A stretch of 64,000 bases of DNA from Candidatus Eiseniibacteriota bacterium (GTDB lineage: Bacteria; Eisenbacteria; RBG-16-71-46): contig CAVSAC010000010.1 of the NCBI GenBank assembly GCA_963725865.1, forward strand, positions 128,001 through 192,000. The letters run 5' to 3'. The translations under genes were made by a program, and so were the position numbers. Below are positions 60,256 through 64,000 of this stretch, one piece after another. Within the stretch, counting starts at the first letter, position 1. Each line of letters begins with the position of its first letter. The notes beneath the pieces are model-generated. The model saw only the letters and a program-made list of their open reading frames with translations, had not been told where the DNA came from and made no database searches.

Positions 60256-62476
60256 CGTCGCCTCCCGACAGGAACCGCCCCATCACCTTCTTGATCTGGG
60301 TGCCGAAGCGCACCGTGTACTTCATGTCGCCGCCGAGCGGCTCGGCCTCGAGGACCACGCCGCGCCCGAACTGCTCGTGCCACACCGCGCGGCCCACCGC
60401 GCGGTGCCGCACTCCCCCACGCCGCAGCGCCGCTTCCGGCACCCGCCACGCCGGCACGTCCTCGTGCACCTCCGCCGGCGCGTCGTCGTCCCGGTCGTGG
60501 CGGCGCACCGGCCGCTCGGCGCGGCCCGCAGCCCCGCCCCAACCCGCCGCCACCGGCTCCTCGCGCTCCAGCACGTCGCGCGGGATCTCGTCCACGAAAC
60601 GCGACACCGCGCCGCCGCCCGCGCCGTCGAAGCGGCGGCGGAACGCGGCGGCGGTCAGCAGCACCGCGTCCCGGGCGCGGGTGATCGCCACGTAGAACAG
60701 CCGCCGCTCTTCCTCCAGCTCGGCGCGGTCGTCGAGCGCGGAGGCGTGCGGGAGCAGCCCCTCCTCGAGACCCGCCACCACCACCACGGGGAACTCGAGC
60801 CCCTTGGCGTTGTGCGCGGTCAGCAGCAGCACGCGGTCGGTGCCCTCCTCGAGCCGGTCGGCGTCCGTCACCAGCGCGGTCTCGGCGAGGAACTCCACCA
60901 GGCCACCGCCCCCCGCCTGCTCGTGGAACGCCTGCGCGCCCGCCACCAGCTCCTCGACGTTCGCGCGCCGTTCGTCCGCGCCCTCGCCGGCCTCCGCGCT
61001 CAGATGGGCTCCGTACTGCGTGCGCTCGAGCAGCGCGAGCAGCAGCGCGTCCGTCGGCTCCTCGCGCCGCGCCGCCAGCTCGTCGAGCAACGCCAGCAGA
61101 CCCTCGGCGCCCACCTTCGCCGTGCGGTTGAGCCCGCCCTCGGCGACCACCGCGCGCAGTCCGTCCACCGCGGTGCCGCCCGCGCGCAGGCGCTCCTCGA
61201 TGCGCGCCCGCACCGCGTCGCCGAGCCCGCGTCGCGGGGTGTTCCACACCCGCCAGAACGACACCGTGTCGGCCGGGTTCACCACCAGCCGCAGGTAGGC
61301 GATCAGATCCTTGACCTCGCGCCGCTGGTAGAACGCGACTCCGCCCACGATCTGGTAGGCCATCAGCCGCTGGCGCAGCTCGGTCTCGATCGCGCGCGAC
61401 TGCGCATTGGTGCGATAGAGCACAGCGCAGTCGGCGAGCCGGCGGCCCTGGCGCACCTGGTCCTCGAGGAAGCCGCGCACGCGGCGCGCCTCGTCGACCT
61501 CGTCGCCCGCCAGCACGAAGCGCAGCAGCGCGCCCTCCTCGCGATCGCACCACAGGGTCTTGCCCTTGCGGTCGCGGTTGTGCTCGATCACCGCGTTCGC
61601 CGCGCGCAGGATGCGCCCGGTCGAGCGGTAGTTCTGCTCCAGCCGCACGACCGCGGCACCCGGGAACGTGGTCTCGAAGTCGAGCACGTTCGACAGGTCG
61701 GCGCCGCGCCAGCCGTAGATGGACTGGTCGTCGTCGCCGACCACGAACAGGTTCTTGTGGTGACCCGACAGCAACGCCACCAACCGGAACTGTGCGTGGT
61801 TGGTGTCCTGGTACTCGTCGACCAGCACGTGCTGGAAGCGCCGCGCCCACCGCGCGCCCGCTTCCGGGTGGTCGCGCAGCAGGCGCACGGTCTCGGCGAT
61901 CAGGTCGTCGAAGTCGAGCGCCTGGCGCGCGCGCAGCGCGTCGCGGTAGCCGGCGTAGGCCTCGGCGATCTGCTTCTCGTAGGGCGTCACCGCCGCCGCC
62001 GCGGCCTCCTCGGGGGTGACGAGCGCGTTCTTCGCGTCCGAGATGCGCCCCAGCACGAGCGACGGCTTGTACGCCGTCTCGGAGAGCTGGAGGCGCTTGA
62101 GCACCTCGCGGAGCGTGGTCTCCTGGTCGTCGCGGTCGTAGATCGTGAAGTCGCGCGCCAGCCCCAGCACCGCGCCGTCGCGGCGCAGGATGCGGACCGC
62201 GGTGGCGTGAAACGTGCCCACCCACAGGCGCCGCGCCACCTCGCCCACCTCGCGCTCGATCCGCTCGCGCATCTCGCGCGCGGCGCGATTGGTGAACGTG
62301 AACGCGAGGATCCCCTCGGGCGGCACGCGCAGCGACAGCAGGCGCGCGATGCGCGCGGTCAGCACGCGGGTCTTGCCGCTGCCGGCGCCGGCCACCACCA
62401 GCAGCGGCCCTCCCGGGTGCTCGACGGCCGCGCGCTGCGCGGGATTCAGGCTGAGCGAGCTGTCCAGGGTCGCCAT
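60236..62476 (-). CDS. pcrA: ATP-dependent DNA helicase PcrA/UvrD
   Basis: LNPAQ, AGAGSGKTRV, TFTNRAA, VDEYQDTN, VGDDDQSIY.WRGA, LEQNYRS, H.AKGLEF, EERRLFYVAITRA, Tudor-like C-terminus. Confidence 0.96.
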   Translation of the reverse strand: MATLDSSLSLNPAQRAAVEHPGGPLLVVAGAGSGKTRVLTARIARLLSLRVPPEGILAFTFTNRAAREMRERIEREVGEVARRLWVGTFHATAVRILRRDGAVLGLARDFTIYDRDDQETTLREVLKRLQLSETAYKPSLVLGRISDAKNALVTPEEAAAAAVTPYEKQIAEAYAGYRDALRARQALDFDDLIAETVRLLRDHPEAGARWARRFQHVLVDEYQDTNHAQFRLVALLSGHHKNLFVVGDDDQSIYGWRGADLSNVLDFETTFPGAAVVRLEQNYRSTGRILRAANAVIEHNRDRKGKTLWCDREEGALLRFVLAGDEVDEARRVRGFLEDQVRQGRRLADCAVLYRTNAQSRAIETELRQRLMAYQIVGGVAFYQRREVKDLIAYLRLVVNPADTVSFWRVWNTPRRGLGDAVRARIEERLRAGGTAVDGLRAVVAEGGLNRTAKVGAEGLLALLDELAARREEPTDALLLALLERTQYGAHLSAEAGEGADERRANVEELVAGAQAFHEQAGGGGLVEFLAETALVTDADRLEEGTDRVLLLTAHNAKGLEFPVVVVAGLEEGLLPHASALDDRAELEEERRLFYVAITRARDAVLLTAAAFRRRFDGAGGGAVSRFVDEIPRDVLEREEPVAAGWGGAAGRAERPVRRHDRDDDAPAEVHEDVPAWRVPEAALRRGGVRHRAVGRAVWHEQFGRGVVLEAEPLGGDMKYTVRFGTQIKKVMGRFLSGGDDGDHAL

Positions 62477-62510
62477 CCTCGGATGGAGTCGGTCACGCTG
62501 CGGGTGGCGC

Positions 62511-62540
62511 AATCTAACGGAAAGCCCGCGCGAGCGTCCA
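62511..62540 (-). promoter_or_regulatory. Possible sigma70 promoter for pcrA-gatCAB
   Basis: TGGACG-N18-TAGATT. Confidence 0.5.
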
Positions 62541-62637
62541 CCCTCGCGCGGGCCCGGGCGGGAGCGGCGTACCGCTCGTCGCCCCGTCGTGCTCCCTGGC
62601 GGCGCCGGCCGCCCGCCGCACTCGCTCGGCGGCCGCC

Positions 62638-64000
62638 TCAGAACTCCGGACCGAGGCTGAAGTGCCAGCGCGGGCGGCTCACGTCGGCGAAGTCGGTCGC
62701 CCACGCGGCGTCGAGCTTGAGGATGATCCAGCCGAGCGCGGTGCGGATGCCGGTGCCGAAGCCGAACTTGGGATCGCGCAGCCGCCGCGTGCCGTCCACC
62801 ACGTGCGTCAGCGCCACGGTCTGGCCCTCGTCCCACACCACGCCGCCGTCCGCGAACAGCGCGCCGCGCAGGTTGAGCAGTCCGAGCGGCAGCGGACCGA
62901 CCAGGCCGAGCTGCTGGATGAATGGGAACCTCAGCTCGACGTTCGCGAGCGCCACCCGCGAGCCGAGCATGTCGAAGTCGGAGAATCCGCGCAGCGTCGA
63001 GTACCCGCCGACCCGGAACGTCTGCGGATCGGCGCCGCCGCTCCAGCCGGTCAGGGCGCGAGTCGCGAACGTGTAGCCGTGCGTGAGGTCCCAGTAGCGC
63101 CGGGCGTCGAACGTGACCGTGTGATAGCCCAGCCCGTTGTGGAACAGCTTGAACGACGGGCTGTAGGTCAGGTTGTAGCGCCCGCCGTTCACGGGCCCGT
63201 ACCACCCGAACAGCGAGTTGTCGCCCACCAGCGACACCGAGGGCGAGGTGATCGAACGGAACTCCCGACCGGTCTCGAAGAAGTCGCCGAACACATCCTG
63301 CTCGAAGAACGTCCGCTCCACGAACATCTGCGTCACGCCGAACTCGACGCGGCGGAAGCGGTCGAACGGATACGCGGTGTTGACCAGCGCGCCGAAGTTG
63401 CGCTCCGAGAACAGGCGCGGCGCGCCGAGGAACTCGCCGAACGTCGTCACGCGCGAGGAGAAGTAGTTCTTGAAGTGGAACACGCCGCCACTCACGTCCC
63501 AGCGCCTCGGCAGGTAGCTGTAGATCGCCAGCGCGTTGGTCTCGTCGAGCGAGGCGCTGAAGACGTCGGTCGCCACGAACAGGTTGTGGTTGCCGAGGAA
63601 GTCGCTGAACTGCAACTGGGTGCTGCCGACGAAGCCGAAGCCGGTCGAGGCGTAGAAGCCGCCGCCGGCGTAGTCGGGCGCCAGCCGCACGCGGTACGGC
63701 GCCGGCCGCTGGCCGAGCACGGTGTCCGCGAGCGCGAACGGGCCCCCATCGTCCTTGAGCGGCGTGCGCGGCACCGACGGCACCGCCAGCAGGCTGTCGT
63801 TGCGCGTCGGCGGCGGCCCCTGCCACTCTTCGCGGCGCCGGCCCCAGCGGTTCTCGTCGTAGCCCGGGGGCTCGCCGGGCAACCGTCCGATCGCCGCGGT
63901 GTCGGGCCGCGCGGCCAGCGGACCCATCCCGTGGCGGCCGTGCGCGGCCGAGGTGTCGGCCTTCACGTTGACGCTGTCGGGCCACACCTCGGCGAGCGCT
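62638..64000 (-). CDS. Second Omp85/BamA-TamA-family outer-membrane protein (C-terminal part; 5' end outside the window)
   Basis: FSDFLGNH, YPFDRFRRVE, LRGF, ELRFP, GFGTGIR, terminal FSLGPEF. Confidence 0.85.
   Translation of the reverse strand, partial: ALAEVWPDSVNVKADTSAAHGRHGMGPLAARPDTAAIGRLPGEPPGYDENRWGRRREEWQGPPPTRNDSLLAVPSVPRTPLKDDGGPFALADTVLGQRPAPYRVRLAPDYAGGGFYASTGFGFVGSTQLQFSDFLGNHNLFVATDVFSASLDETNALAIYSYLPRRWDVSGGVFHFKNYFSSRVTTFGEFLGAPRLFSERNFGALVNTAYPFDRFRRVEFGVTQMFVERTFFEQDVFGDFFETGREFRSITSPSVSLVGDNSLFGWYGPVNGGRYNLTYSPSFKLFHNGLGYHTVTFDARRYWDLTHGYTFATRALTGWSGGADPQTFRVGGYSTLRGFSDFDMLGSRVALANVELRFPFIQQLGLVGPLPLGLLNLRGALFADGGVVWDEGQTVALTHVVDGTRRLRDPKFGFGTGIRTALGWIILKLDAAWATDFADVSRPRWHFSLGPEF

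Overview
Very GC-rich (roughly 70-75% by eye) bacterial chromosome segment. It carries about 60 tightly packed CDSs, 59 of them on the minus strand, many joined by ATGA/GTGA/TGATG overlaps. The gene set points to an LPS-bearing diderm: bamA-skp-lpxD-fused lpxC/fabZ-lpxA-gnnA-like-lpxB, lolC/lolD, lnt and a Bat/MoxR operon. An FCB-group relative such as Ca. Eisenbacteria is a plausible but unverified guess. Most of the window is housekeeping (pur genes, gatCAB, lysS, argS, glyA, ilvE, asd, truA, pcrA). No rRNA, tRNA, CRISPR array or mobile element was recognised. The best candidate for an undescribed system is 31581-34045: a promoter with a palindromic operator drives an uncharacterised two-domain protein, then an unannotated 16-aa amphipathic peptide (MDIIEILVELLGKAGW, perfect SD, hairpin on each side), then a multi-TM HD-GYP phosphodiesterase. 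This looks like a peptide-linked cyclic-dinucleotide signalling module. Other points: a complete McsA/McsB/ClpC + YwlE arginine-phosphorylation system embedded among envelope genes, a single-chain tandem PurS, a frameshifted purQ, an EIIA with His->Ser at the phospho-site, a sigma54-driven orphan gene, several proteins with degenerate active sites, and enrichment of D-(S/T)-x O-glycosylation sequons in BamA. All assignments come from motif reading; no searches were run.
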